Assembly (NCBI RefSeq): GCF_009914755.1
Contig: NC_060942.1
Source: the human T2T-CHM13v2.0 reference genome, Homo sapiens
Direction: 5' to 3' (one strand)
Length of the DNA: 64,000 nt
Position numbers and translations under genes: made by a program. The stretch's first letter is position 1. Each line of letters opens with the position of its first letter. Below, piece by piece: positions 38,901 through 52,700 of this stretch. Under the pieces are notes generated by a model. That model was not told the origin of the DNA, did no database searches, and saw only the letters and a program-made list of their open reading frames with translations.

Positions 38901-41900
38901 TTTTGAAACACTCTTTTTGTAGAATCTGCAAGAGGATATTTGCATAGCTTTGAGGATTTCGTGGGAAACGGGATTGTCTTCAGGTAAAATCTAGACAGAA
39001 GCATTCTCAGAAACTTCTTTGGGATGTTTGCATTCAAGTCACAGAGTAGAACATTCCCTTTGGTAGAGCAGGTTTGAAACACTCTTTTTGTAGTATCTGG
39101 AAGTGGACATTTGGAGCGCTTTCAGGCCCATGTTGGAAAGGGAAATATCTTCCCGTAACAACTAGGCAGAAGCATTCTCAGAAACTTATTTGAGATGTGT
39201 GTACTCAACTAAGAGAATTGAACCACCGTTTTGAAGGAGCAGTTTTGAAACACTCTTTTTCTGGAATCTGCAAGAGTATATTTGCCTAGCCTTGAGGATT
39301 TCGTTGGAAACGGGATTGTCTTCAGAGAAAATCTAGACAGAAGCATTCTCAGAAACTTCTTTGGGATGTTTGCATTCAAGTCACAGAGTAGAACATTCCC
39401 TTTGGTAGAGCAGGTTTGAAACACTCTTTTTTTAGTATATGGAAGTGGACATTTGGAGCGCTTTCAGGCCTACGTTGGAAAAGGAAATATCTTCCCATAA
39501 CAACTAGACAGAAGCATTCTCAGAAACTAGTTTCTGATGTGTGTCCTCAACTAACACAGTTGAACATTTCTTTAGACAGAACAGTTTTGAAACACTCTTT
39601 TTGTGGAATCTGCAAGTGGCTATTTGGCTAGATTTGAGGATTTCGTTGGAAACGGGATTACATATAAAAAGCAGTCAGCAGCATTCTCAGAAAGTTCTTT
39701 GTGATGATTGCATTCAAGTCACAGAATTGAACATTCCCTTTCACAGAGCAGGTTTGAAACACTCTTTTTGTAGTGTGTGTAAGTGGACATTTGGAGCACT
39801 TACCGGCCTAAGGTGAAAAAGGAAATATCTTCCCATAAAAACTAGACAGAAGCATTCTCAGAAACTTACTCGTGATGTGTGTCCTCAACTAAAGGAGTAG
39901 AACCTTTCTTTTCATAGAGAAGTTTTGAAACGCTCTTTTTGTGGAATCTGCAAGTGGATATTTGGCTAGTTTTGAGGATTTCGTTGGAAGCGGGAATTCA
40001 TACAAATTGCAGACTGCAGCGTTCTGAGAAACATCTTTGTGATGTTTGTATTCAGGACACAGAGTTGAACATTCCCTATCATAGAGCAGGTTGGAATCAC
40101 TCCTTTTGTAGTATCTGGAAGTGGACATTTGGAGCGCTTTCAGGCCTATGTTGGAAAAGGAAATATCTTCCCATAACAACTAGACAGAAGCATTCTCAGA
40201 AACTTATTTGAGATGTGTGTACTCAACTAAGAGAATTGAACCACCGTTTTGAAGGAGCAGTTTTGAAACTCTCTTTTTCTGGAATCTGCAAGTGGATATT
40301 TGGCTAGCTTTGGGGATTTCGCTGGAAGCGGGAATACATATAAAAAGCACACAGCAGCGTTCTGAGAAACTGCTTTCTGATGTTTGCATTCAAGTCAAAA
40401 GTTGAACACTCCCTTTCATAGAGCAGTCTTGAAACACCCCTTTTGTAGTATCTGGAACTGGACTTTTGGAGCGATTTCAGGGCTAAGGTGAAAAAGGAAA
40501 TATCTTCCCATAAAAACTGGACAGAAGCATTCTCAGAAACTTGTTTATGCTGTATCTACTCAACTAACAAAGTTGAACCTTTCTTTTGATAGAGCAGTTT
40601 TGAAATGGTCTTTTTGTGGAATCTGCAAGTGGATATTTGGCTAGTTTTGAGGATTTCGTTGGAAGCGGGAATTCATACAAATTGCAGACTGCAGCGTTCT
40701 GAGAAACATCTTTGTGATGTTTGTATTCAGGACACAGAGTTGAACATTCCCTATCATAGAGCAGGTTGGAATCACTCCTTTTGTAGTATCTGGAAGTGGA
40801 CATTTGGAGCGCTTTCAGGCCTATTTTGGAAAGGGAAATATCTTCCCGTAACAACTATGCAGAAGCATTCTCAGAAACTTGTTTGTGATGTGTGCCCTCT
40901 ACTGACAGAGTTGAACCTTTCTTTTCATAGAGCAGTTTTGAAACACTCTTTTTGTAGAATCTGCAAGAGGATATTTGCATAGCTTTGAGGATTTCGTGGG
41001 AAACGGGATTGTCTTCAGGTAAAATCTAGACAGAAGCATTCTCAGAAACTTCTTTGGGATGTTTGCATTCAAGTCACAGAGTAGAACATTCCCTTTGGTA
41101 GAGCAGGTTTGAAACACTCTTTTTGTAGTATCTGGAAGTGGACATTTGGAGCGCTTTCAGGCCCATGTTGGAAAGGGAAATATCTTCCCGTAACAACTAG
41201 GCAGAAGCATTCTCAGAAACTTATTTGAGATGTGTGTACTCAACTAAGAGAATTGAACCACCGTTTTGAAGGAGCAGTTTTGAAACACTCTTTTTCTGGA
41301 ATCTGCAAGAGTATATTTGCCTAGCCATGAGGATTTCGTTGGAAACGGGATTGTCTTCAGAGAAAATCTAGACAGAAGCATTCTCAGAAACTTCTTTGGG
41401 ATGTTTGCATTCAAGTCACAGAGTAGAACATTCCCTTTGGTAGAGCAGGTTTGAAACACTCTTTTTTTAGTATATGGAAGTGGACATTTGGAGCGCTTTC
41501 AGGCCTACGTTGGAAAAGGAAATATCTTCCCATAACAACTAGACAGAAGCATTCTCAGAAACTAGTTTCTGATGTGTGTCCTCAACTAACACAGTTGAAC
41601 ATTTCTTTAGACAGAACAGTTTTGAAACACTCTTTTTGTGGAATCTGCAAGTGGCTATTTGGCTAGATTTGAGGATTTCGTTGGAAACGGGATTACATAT
41701 AAAAAGCAGTCAGCAGCATTCTCAGAAAGTTCTTTGTGATGATTGCATTCAAGTCACAGAATTGAACATTCCCTTTCACAGAGCAGGTTTGAAACACTCT
41801 TTTTGTAGTGTGTGTAAGTGGACATTTGGAGCACTTACCGGCCTAAGGTGAAAAAGGAAATATCTTCCCATAAAAACTAGACAGAAGCATTCTCAGAAAC

Positions 41901-44900
41901 TTACTCGTGATGTGTGTCCTCAACTAAAGGAGTAGAACCTTTCTTTTCATAGAGAAGTTTTGAAACGCTCTTTTTGTGGAATCTGCAAGTGGATATTTGG
42001 CTAGTTTTGAGGATTTCGTTGGAAGCGGGAATTCATACAAATTGCAGACTGCAGCGTTCTGAGAAACATCTTTGTGATGTTTGTATTCAGGACACAGAGT
42101 TGAACATTCCCTATCATAGAGCAGGTTTGAATCACTCCTTTTGTAGTATCTGGAAGTGGACATTTGGAGCGCTTTCAGGCCTATGTTGGAAAAGGAAATA
42201 TCTTCCCATAACAACTAGACAGAAGCATTCTCAGAAACTTATTTGAGATGTGTGTACTCAACTAAGAGAATTGAACCACCGTTTTGAAGGAGCAGTTTTG
42301 AAACTCTCTTTTTCTGGAATCTGCAAGTGGATATTTGGCTAGCTTTGGGGATTTCGCTGGAAGCGGGAATACATATAAAAAGCACACAGCAGCGTTCTGA
42401 GAAACTGCTTTCTGATGTTTGCATTCAAGTCAAAAGTTGAACACTCCCTTTCATAGAGCAGTCTTGAAACACCCCTTTTGTAGTATCTGGAACTGGACTT
42501 TTGGAGCGATTTCAGGGCTAAGGTGAAAAAGGAAATATCTTCCCATAAAAACTGGACAGAAGCATTCTCAGAAACTTGTTTATGCTGTATCTACTCAACT
42601 AACAAAGTTGAACCTTTCTTTTGATAGAGCAGTTTTGAAATGGTCTTTTTGTGGAATCTGCAAGTGGATATTTGGCTAGTTTTGAGGATTTCGTTGGAAG
42701 CGGGAATTCATACAAATTGCAGACTGCAGCGTTCTGAGAAACATCTTTGTGATGTTTGTATTCAGGACACAGAGTTGAACATTCCCTATCATAGAGCAGG
42801 TTGGAATCACTCCTTTTGTAGTATCTGGAAGTGGACATTTGGAGCGCTTTCAGGCCTATTTTGGAAAGGGAAATATCTTCCCGTAACAACTATGCAGAAG
42901 CATTCTCAGAAACTTGTTTGTGATGTGTGCCCTCTACTGACAGAGTTGAACCTTTCTTTTCATAGAGCAGTTTTGAAACACTCTTTTTGTAGAATCTGCA
43001 AGAGGATATTTGCATAGCTTTGAGGATTTCGTGGGAAACGGGATTGTCTTCAGGTAAAATCTAGACAGAAGCATTCTCAGAAACTTCTTTGGGATGTTTG
43101 CATTCAAGTCACAGAGTAGAACATTCCCTTTGGTAGAGCAGGTTTGAAACACTCTTTTTGTAGTATCTGGAAGTGGACATTTGGAGCGCTTTCAGGCCCA
43201 TGTTGGAAAGGGAAATATCTTCCCGTAACAACTAGGCAGAAGCATTCTCAGAAACTTATTTGAGATGTGTGTACTCAACTAAGAGAATTGAACCACCGTT
43301 TTGAAGGAGCAGTTTTGAAACACTCTTTTTCTGGAATCTGCAAGAGTATATTTGCCTAGCCTTGAGGATTTCGTTGGAAACGGGATTGTCTTCAGAGAAA
43401 ATCTAGACAGAAGCATTCTCAGAAACTTCTTTGGGATGTTTGCATTCAAGTCACAGAGTAGAACATTCCCTTTGGTAGAGCAGGTTTGAAACACTCTTTT
43501 TTTAGTATATGGAAGTGGACATTTGGAGCGCTTTCAGGCCTACGTTGGAAAAGGAAATATCTTCCCATAACAACTAGACAGAAGCATTCTCAGAAACTAG
43601 TTTCTGATGTGTGTCCTCAACTAACACAGTTGAACATTTCTTTAGACAGAACAGTTTTGAAACACTCTTTTTGTGGAATCTGCAAGTGGCTATTTGGCTA
43701 GATTTGAGGATTTCGTTGGAAACGGGATTACATATAAAAAGCAGTCAGCAGCATTCTCAGAAAGTTCTTTGTGATGATTGCATTCAAGTCACAGAATTGA
43801 ACATTCCCTTTCACAGAGCAGGTTTGAAACACTCTTTTTGTAGTGTGTGTAAGTGGACATTTGGAGCACTTACCGGCCTAAGGTGAAAAAGGAAATATCT
43901 TCCCATAAAAACTAGACAGAAGCATTCTCAGAAACTTACTCGTGATGTGTGTCCTCAACTAAAGGAGTAGAACCTTTCTTTTCATAGAGAAGTTTTGAAA
44001 CGCTCTTTTTGTGGAATCTGCAAGTGGATATTTGGCTAGTTTTGAGGATTTCGTTGGAAGCGGGAATTCATACAAATTGCAGACTGCAGCGTTCTGAGAA
44101 ACATCTTTGTGATGTTTGTATTCAGGACACAGAGTTGAACATTCCCTATCATAGAGCAGGTTTGAATCACTCCTTTTGTAGTATCTGGAAGTGGACATTT
44201 GGAGCGCTTTCAGGCCTATGTTGGAAAAGGAAATATCTTCCCATAACAACTAGACAGAAGCATTCTCAGAAACTTATTTGAGATGTGTGTACTCAACTAA
44301 GAGAATTGAACCACCGTTTTGAAGGAGCAGTTTTGAAACTCTCTTTTTCTGGAATCTGCAAGTGGATATTTGGCTAGCTTTGGGGATTTCGCTGGAAGCG
44401 GGAATACATATAAAAAGCACACAGCAGCGTTCTGAGAAACTGCTTTCTGATGTTTGCATTCAAGTCAAAAGTTGAACACTCCCTTTCATAGAGCAGTCTT
44501 GAAACACCCCTTTTGTAGTATCTGGAACTGGACTTTTGGAGCGATTTCAGGGCTAAGGTGAAAAAGGAAATATCTTCCCATAAAAACTGGACAGAAGCAT
44601 TCTCAGAAACTTGTTTATGCTGTATCTACTCAACTAACAAAGTTGAACCTTTCTTTTGATAGAGCAGTTTTGAAATGGTCTTTTTGTGGAATCTGCAAGT
44701 GGATATTTGGCTAGTTTTGAGGATTTCGTTGGAAGCGGGAATTCATACAAATTGCAGACTGCAGCGTTCTGAGAAACATCTTTGTGATGTTTGTATTCAG
44801 GACACAGAGTTGAACATTCCCTATCATAGAGCAGGTTGGAATCACTCCTTTTGTAGTATCTGGAAGTGGACATTTGGAGCGCTTTCAGGCCTATTTTGGA

Positions 44901-46121
44901 AAGGGAAATATCTTCCCGTAACAACTATGCAGAAGCATTCTCAGAAACTTGTTTGTGATGTGTGCCCTCTACTGACAGAGTTGAACCTTTCTTTTCATAG
45001 AGCAGTTTTGAAACACTCTTTTTGTAGAATCTGCAAGAGGATATTTGCATAGCTTTGAGGATTTCGTGGGAAACGGGATTGTCTTCAGGTAAAATCTAGA
45101 CAGAAGCATTCTCAGAAACTTCTTTGGGATGTTTGCATTCAAGTCACAGAGTAGAACATTCCCTTTGGTAGAGCAGGTTTGAAACACTCTTTTTGTAGTA
45201 TCTGGAAGTGGACATTTGGAGCGCTTTCAGGCCCATGTTGGAAAGGGAAATATCTTCCCGTAACAACTAGGCAGAAGCATTCTCAGAAACTTATTTGAGA
45301 TGTGTGTACTCAACTAAGAGAATTGAACCACCGTTTTGAAGGAGCAGTTTTGAAACACTCTTTTTCTGGAATCTGCAAGAGTATATTTGCCTAGCCTTGA
45401 GGATTTCGTTGGAAACGGGATTGTCTTCAGAGAAAATCTAGACAGAAGCATTCTCAGAAACTTCTTTGGGATGTTTGCATTCAAGTCACAGAGTAGAACA
45501 TTCCCTTTGGTAGAGCACGTTTGAAACACTCTTTTTTTAGTATATGGAAGTGGACATTTGGAGCGCTTTCAGGCCTACGTTGGAAAAGGAAATATCTTCC
45601 CATAACAACTAGACAGAAGCATTCTCAGAAACTAGTTTCTGATGTGTGTCCTCAACTAACACAGTTGAACATTTCTTTAGACAGAACAGTTTTGAAACAC
45701 TCTTTTTGTGGAATCTGCAAGTGGCTATTTGGCTAGATTTGAGGATTTCGTTGGAAACGGGATTACATATAAAAAGCAGTCAGCAGCATTCTCAGAAAGT
45801 TCTTTGTGATGATTGCATTCAAGTCACAGAATTGAACATTCCCTTTCACAGAGCAGGTTTGAAACACTCTTTTTGTAGTGTGTGTAAGTGGACATTTGGA
45901 GCACTTACCGGCCTAAGGTGAAAAAGGAAATATCTTCCCATAAAAACTAGACAGAAGCATTCTCAGAAACTTACTCGTGATGTGTGTCCTCAACTAAAGG
46001 AGTAGAACCTTTCTTTTCATAGAGAAGTTTTGAAACGCTCTTTTTGTGGAATCTGCAAGTGGATATTTGGCTAGTTTTGAGGATTTCGTTGGAAGCGGGA
46101 ATTCATACAAATTGCAGACTG
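35947..46121 (+). repeat. Run of 5 canonical 12-mer HORs
   Basis: Starts at 35947, 37982, 40017, 42052, 44087. Confidence 0.95.
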
Positions 46122-46796
46122 CAGCGTTCTGAGAAACATCTTTGTGATGTTTGTATTCAGGACACAGAGTTGAACATTCCCTATCATAGAGCAGGTTTGA
46201 ATCACTCCTTTTGTAGTATCTGGAAGTGGACATTTGGAGCGCTTTCAGGCCTATGTTGGAAAAGGAAATATCTTCCCATAACAACTAGACAGAAGCATTC
46301 TCAGAAACTTATTTGAGATGTGTGTACTCAACTAAGAGAATTGAACCACCGTTTTGAAGGAGCAGTTTTGAAACACTCTTTTTCTGGAATCTGCAAGTGG
46401 ATATTTGGCTAGCTTTGGGGATTTCGCTGGAAGCGGGAATACATATAAAAAGCACACAGCAGCGTTCTGAGAAACTGCTTTCTGATGTTTGCATTCAAGT
46501 CAAAAGTTGAACACTCCCTTTCATAGAGCAGTCTTGAAACACCCCTTTTGTAGTATCTGGAACTGGACTTTTGGAGCGATTTCAGGGCTAAGGTGAAAAA
46601 GGAAATATCTTCCCATAAAAACTGGACAGAAGCATTCTCAGAAACTTGGTTATGCTGTATCTACTCAACTAACAAAGTTGAACCTTTCTTTTGATAGAGC
46701 AGTTTTGAAATGGTCTTTTTGTGGAATCTGCAAGTGGATATTTGGCTAGTTTTGAGGATTTCGTTGGAAGCGGGAATTCATACAAATTGCAGACTG
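46122..46796 (+). repeat. Third 4-mer HOR variant (675 bp)
   Basis: ORF spacing 46309 to 46984 is 675; same m4-to-m1 junction. Confidence 0.93.
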
Positions 46797-49700
46797 CAGC
46801 GTTCTGAGAAACATCTTTGTGATGTTTGTATTCAGGACACAGAGTTGAACATTCCCTATCATAGAGCAGGTTGGAATCACTCCTTTTGTAGTATCTGGAA
46901 GTGGACATTTGGAGCGCTTTCAGGCCTATGTTGGAAAAGGAAATATCTTCCCATAACAACTAGACAGAAGCATTCTCAGAAACTTATTTGAGATGTGTGT
47001 ACTCAACTAAGAGAATTGAACCACCGTTTTGAAGGAGCAGTTTTGAAACTCTCTTTTTCTGGAATCTGCAAGTGGATATTTGGCTAGCTTTGGGGATTTC
47101 GCTGGAAGCGGGAATACATATAAAAAGCACACAGCAGCGTTCTGAGAAACTGCTTTCTGATGTTTGCATTCAAGTCAAAAGTTGAACACTCCCTTTCATA
47201 GAGCAGTCTTGAAACACCCGTTTTGTAGTATCTGGAACTGGACTTTTGGAGCGATTTCAGGGCTAAGGTGAAAAAGGAAATATCTTCCCATAAAAACTGG
47301 ACAGAAGCATTCTCAGAAACTTGTTTATGCTGTAACTACTCAACTAACAAAGTTGAACCTTTCTTTTGATAGAGCAGTTTTGAAATGGTCTTTTTGTGGA
47401 ATCTGCAAGTGGATATTTGGCTAGTTTTGAGGATTTCGTTGGAAGCGGGAATTCATACAAATTGCAGACTGCAGCGTTCTGAGAAACATCTTTGTGATGT
47501 TTGTATTCAGGACACAGAGTTGAACATTCCCTATCATAGAGCAGGTTGGAATCACTCCTTTTGTAGTATCTGGAAGTGGACATTTGGAGCGCTTTCAGGC
47601 CTATTTTGGAAAGGGAAATATCTTCCCGTAACAACTATGCAGAAGCATTCTCAGAAACTTGTTTGTGATGTGTGCCCTCTACTGACAGAGTTGAACCTTT
47701 CTTTTCATAGAGCAGTTTTGAAACACTCTTTTTGTAGAATCTGCAAGAGGATATTTGCATAGCTTTGAGGATTTCGTGGGAAACGGGATTGTCTTCAGGT
47801 AAAATCTAGACAGAAGCATTCTCAGAAACTTCTTTGGGATGTTTGCATTCAAGTCACAGAGTAGAACATTCCCTTTGGTAGAGCAGGTTTGAAACACTCT
47901 TTTTGTAGTATCTGGAAGTGGACATTTGGAGCGCTTTCAGGCCCATGTTGGAAAGGGAAATATCTTCCCGTAACAACTAGGCAGAAGCATTCTCAGAAAC
48001 TTATTTGAGATGTGTGTACTCAACTAAGAGAATTGAACCACCGTTTTGAAGGAGCAGTTTTGAAACACTCTTTTTCTGGAATCTGCAAGAGTATATTTGC
48101 CTAGCCTTGAGGATTTCGTTGGAAACGGGATTGTCTTCAGAGAAAATCTAGACAGAAGCATTCTCAGAAACTTCTTTGGGATGTTTGCATTCAAGTCACA
48201 GAGTAGAACATTCCCTTTGGTAGAGCAGGTTTGAAACACTCTTTTTTTAGTATATGGAAGTGGACATTTTGATCGCTTTCAGGCCTACGTTGGAAAAGGA
48301 AATATCTTCCCATAACAACTAGACAGAAGCATTCTCAGAAACTAGTTTCTGATGTGTGTCCTCAACTAACACAGTTGAACATTTCTTTAGACAGAACAGT
48401 TTTGAAACACTCTTTTTGTGGAATCTGCAAGTGGCTATTTGGCTAGATTTGAGGATTTCGTTGGAAACGGGATTACATATAAAAAGCAGTCAGCAGCATT
48501 CTCAGAAAGTTCTTTGTGATGATTGCATTCAAGTCACAGAATTGAACATTCCCTTTCACAGAGCAGGTTTGAAACACTCTTTTTGTAGTGTGTGTAAGTG
48601 GACATTTGGAGCACTTACCGGCCTAAGGTGAAAAAGGAAATATCTTCCCATAAAAACTAGACAGAAGCATTCTCAGAAACTTACTCGTGATGTGTGTCCT
48701 CAACTAAAGGAGTAGAACCTTTCTTTTCATAGAGAAGTTTTGAAACGCTCTTTTTGTGGAATCTGCAAGTGGATATTTGGCTAGTTTTGAGGATTTCGTT
48801 GGAAGCGGGAATTCATACAAATTGCAGACTGCAGCGTTCTGAGAAACATCTTTGTGATGTTTGTATTCAGGACACAGAGTTGAACATTCCCTATCATAGA
48901 GCAGGTTGGAATCACTCCTTTTGTAGTATCTGGAAGTGGACATTTGGAGCGCTTTCAGGCCTATGTTGGAAAAGGAAATATCTTCCCATAACAACTAGAC
49001 AGAAGCATTCTCAGAAACTTATTTGAGATGTGTGTACTCAACTAAGAGAATTGAACCACCGTTTTGAAGGAGCAGTTTTGAAACTCTCTTTTTCTGGAAT
49101 CTGCAAGTGGATATTTGGCTAGCTTTGGGGATTTCGCTGGAAGCGGGAATACATATAAAAAGCACACAGCAGCGTTCTGAGAAACTGCTTTCTGATGTTT
49201 GCATTCAAGTCAAAAGTTGAACACTCCCTTTCATAGAGCAGTCTTGAAACACCCCTTTTGTAGTATCTGGAACTGGACTTTTGGAGCGATTTCAGGGCTA
49301 AGGTGAAAAAGGAAATATCTTCCCATAAAAACTGGACAGAAGCATTCTCAGAAACTTGTTTATGCTGTATCTACTCAACTAACAAAGTTGAACCTTTCTT
49401 TTGATAGAGCAGTTTTGAAATGGTCTTTTTGTGGAATCTGCAAGTGGATATTTGGCTAGTTTTGAGGATTTCGTTGGAAGCGGGAATTCATACAAATTGC
49501 AGACTGCAGCGTTCTGAGAAACATCTTTGTGATGTTTGTATTCAGGACACAGAGTTGAACATTCCCTATCATAGAGCAGGTTGGAATCACTCCTTTTGTA
49601 GTATCTGGAAGTGGACATTTGGAGCGCTTTCAGGCCTATTTTGGAAAGGGAAATATCTTCCCGTAACAACTATGCAGAAGCATTCTCAGAAACTTGTTTG

Positions 49701-52700
49701 TGATGTGTGCCCTCTACTGACAGAGTTGAACCTTTCTTTTCATAGAGCAGTTTTGAAACACTCTTTTTGTAGAATCTGCAAGAGGATATTTGCATAGCTT
49801 TGAGGATTTCGTGGGAAACGGGATTGTCTTCAGGTAAAATCTAGACAGAAGCATTCTCAGAAACTTCTTTGGGATGTTTGCATTCAAGTCACAGAGTAGA
49901 ACATTCCCTTTGGTAGAGCAGGTTTGAAACACTCTTTTTGTAGTATCTGGAAGTGGACATTTGGAGCGCTTTCAGGCCCATGTTGGAAAGGGAAATATCT
50001 TCCCGTAACAACTAGGCAGAAGCATTCTCAGAAACTTATTTGAGATGTGTGTACTCAACTAAGAGAATTGAACCACCGTTTTGAAGGAGCAGTTTTGAAA
50101 CACTCTTTTTCTGGAATCTGCAAGAGTATATTTGCCTAGCCTTGAGGATTTCGTTGGAAACGGGATTGTCTTCAGAGAAAATCTAGACAGAAGCATTCTC
50201 AGAAACTTCTTTGGGATGCTTGCATTCCAGTCACAGAGTAGAACATTCCCTTTGGTAGAGCAGGTTTGAAACACTCTTTTTGTAGTATCTGGAAGTGGAC
50301 ATTTGGAGCGCTTTCAGGCCTACGTTGGAAAAGGAAATATCTTCCCATAACAACTAGACAGAAGCATTCTCAGAAACTAGTTTCTGATGTGTGTCCTCAA
50401 CTAACACAGTTGAACATTTCTTTAGACAGAACAGTTTTGAAACACTCTTTTTGTGGAATCTGCAAGTGGCTATTTGGCTAGATTTGAGGATTTCGTTGGA
50501 AACGGGATTACATATAAAAAGCAGTCAGCAGCATTCTCAGAAAGTTCTTTGTGATGATTGCATTCAAGTCACAGAATTGAACATTCCCTTTCACAGAGCA
50601 GGTTTGAAACACTCTTTTTGTAGTGTGTGTAAGTGGACATTTGGAGCACTTACCGGCCTAAGGTGAAAAAGGAAATATCTTCCCATAAAAACTAGACAGA
50701 AGCATTCTCAGAAACTTACTCGTGATGTGTGTCCTCAACTAAAGGAGTAGAACCTTTCTTTTCATAGAGAAGTTTTGAAACGCTCTTTTTGTGGAATCTG
50801 CAAGTGGATATTTGGCTAGTTTTGAGGATTTCGTTGGAAGCGGGAATTCATACAAATTGCAGACTGCAGCGTTCTGAGAAACATCTTTGTGATGTTTGTA
50901 TTCAGGACACAGAGTTGAACATTCCCTATCATAGAGCAGGTTTGAATCACTCCTTTTGTAGTATCTGGAAGTGGACATTTGGAGCGCTTTCAGGCCTATG
51001 TTGGAAAAGGAAATATCTTCCCATAACAACTAGACAGAAGCATTCTCAGAAACTTATTTGAGATGTGTGTACTCAACTAAGAGAATTGAACCACCGTTTT
51101 GAAGGAGCAGTTTTGAAACTCTCTTTTTCTGGAATCTGCAAGTGGATATTTGGCTAGCTTTGGGGATTTCGCTGGAAGCGGGAATACATATAAAAAGCAC
51201 ACAGCAGCGTTCTGAGAAACTGCTTTCTGATGTTTGCATTCAAGTCAAAAGTTGAACACTCCCTTTCATAGAGCAGTCTTGAAACACCCCTTTTGTAGTA
51301 TCTGGAACTGGACTTTTGGAGCGATTTCAGGGCTAAGGTGAAAAAGGAAATATCTTCCCATAAAAACTGGACAGAAGCATTCTCAGAAACTTGTTTATGC
51401 TGTATCTACTCAACTAACAAAGTTGAACCTTTCTTTTGATAGAGCAGTTTTGAAATGGTCTTTTTGTGGAATCTGCAAGTGGATATTTGGCTAGTTTTGA
51501 GGATTTCGTTGGAAGCGGGAATTCATACAAATTGCAGACTGCAGCGTTCTGAGAAACATCTTTGTGATGTTTGTATTCAGGACACAGAGTTGAACATTCC
51601 CTATCATAGAGCAGGTTGGAATCACTCCTTTTGTAGTATCTGGAAGTGGACATTTGGAGCGCTTTCAGGCCTATTTTGGAAAGGGAAATATCTTCCCGTA
51701 ACAACTATGCAGAAGCATTCTCAGAAACTTGTTTGTGATGTGTGCCCTCTACTGACAGAGTTGAACCTTTCTTTTCATAGAGCAGTTTTGAAACACTCTT
51801 TTTGTAGAATCTGCAAGAGGATATTTGCATAGCTTTGAGGATTTCGTGGGAAACGGGATTGTCTTCAGGTAAAATCTAGACAGAAGCATACTCAGAAACT
51901 TCTTTGGGATGTTTGCATTCAAGTCACAGAGTAGAACATTCCCTTTGGTAGAGCAGGTTTGAAACACTCTTTTTGTAGTATCTGGAAGTGGACATTTGGA
52001 GCGCTTTCAGGCCCATGTTGGAAAGGGAAATATCTTCCCGTAACAACTAGGCAGAAGCATTCTCAGAAACTTATTTGAGATGTGTGTACTCAACTAAGAG
52101 AATTGAACCACCGTTTTGAAGGAGCAGTTTTGAAACACTCTTTTTCTGGAATCTGCAAGAGTATATTTGCCTAGCCTTGAGGATTTCGTTGGAAACGGGA
52201 TTGTCTTCAGAGAAAATCTAGACAGAAGCATTCTCAGAAACTTCTTTGGGATGCTTGCATTCCAGTCACAGAGTAGAACATTCCCTTTGGTAGAGCAGGT
52301 TTGAAACACTCTTTTTGTAGTATCTGGAAGTGGACATTTGGAGCGCTTTCAGGCCTACGTTGGAAAAGGAAATATCTTCCCATAACAACTAGACAGAAGC
52401 ATTCTCAGAAACTAGTTTCTGATGTGTGTCCTCAACTAACACAGTTGAACATTTCTTTAGACAGAACAGTTTTGAAACACTCTTTTTGTGGAATCTGCAA
52501 GTGGCTATTTGGCTAGATTTGAGGATTTCGTTGGAAACGGGATTACATATAAAAAGCAGTCAGCAGCATTCTCAGAAAGTTCTTTGTGATGATTGCATTC
52601 AAGTCACAGAATTGAACATTCCCTTTCACAGAGCAGGTTTGAAACACTCTTTTTGTAGTGTGTGTAAGTGGACATTTGGAGCACTTACCGGCCTAAGGTG

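Noticed and set aside
3583-51890. Isolated singleton SNVs (3583, 45518, 51890)
   Set aside because: No shared pattern; they cannot be distinguished from ordinary point mutation or consensus error.
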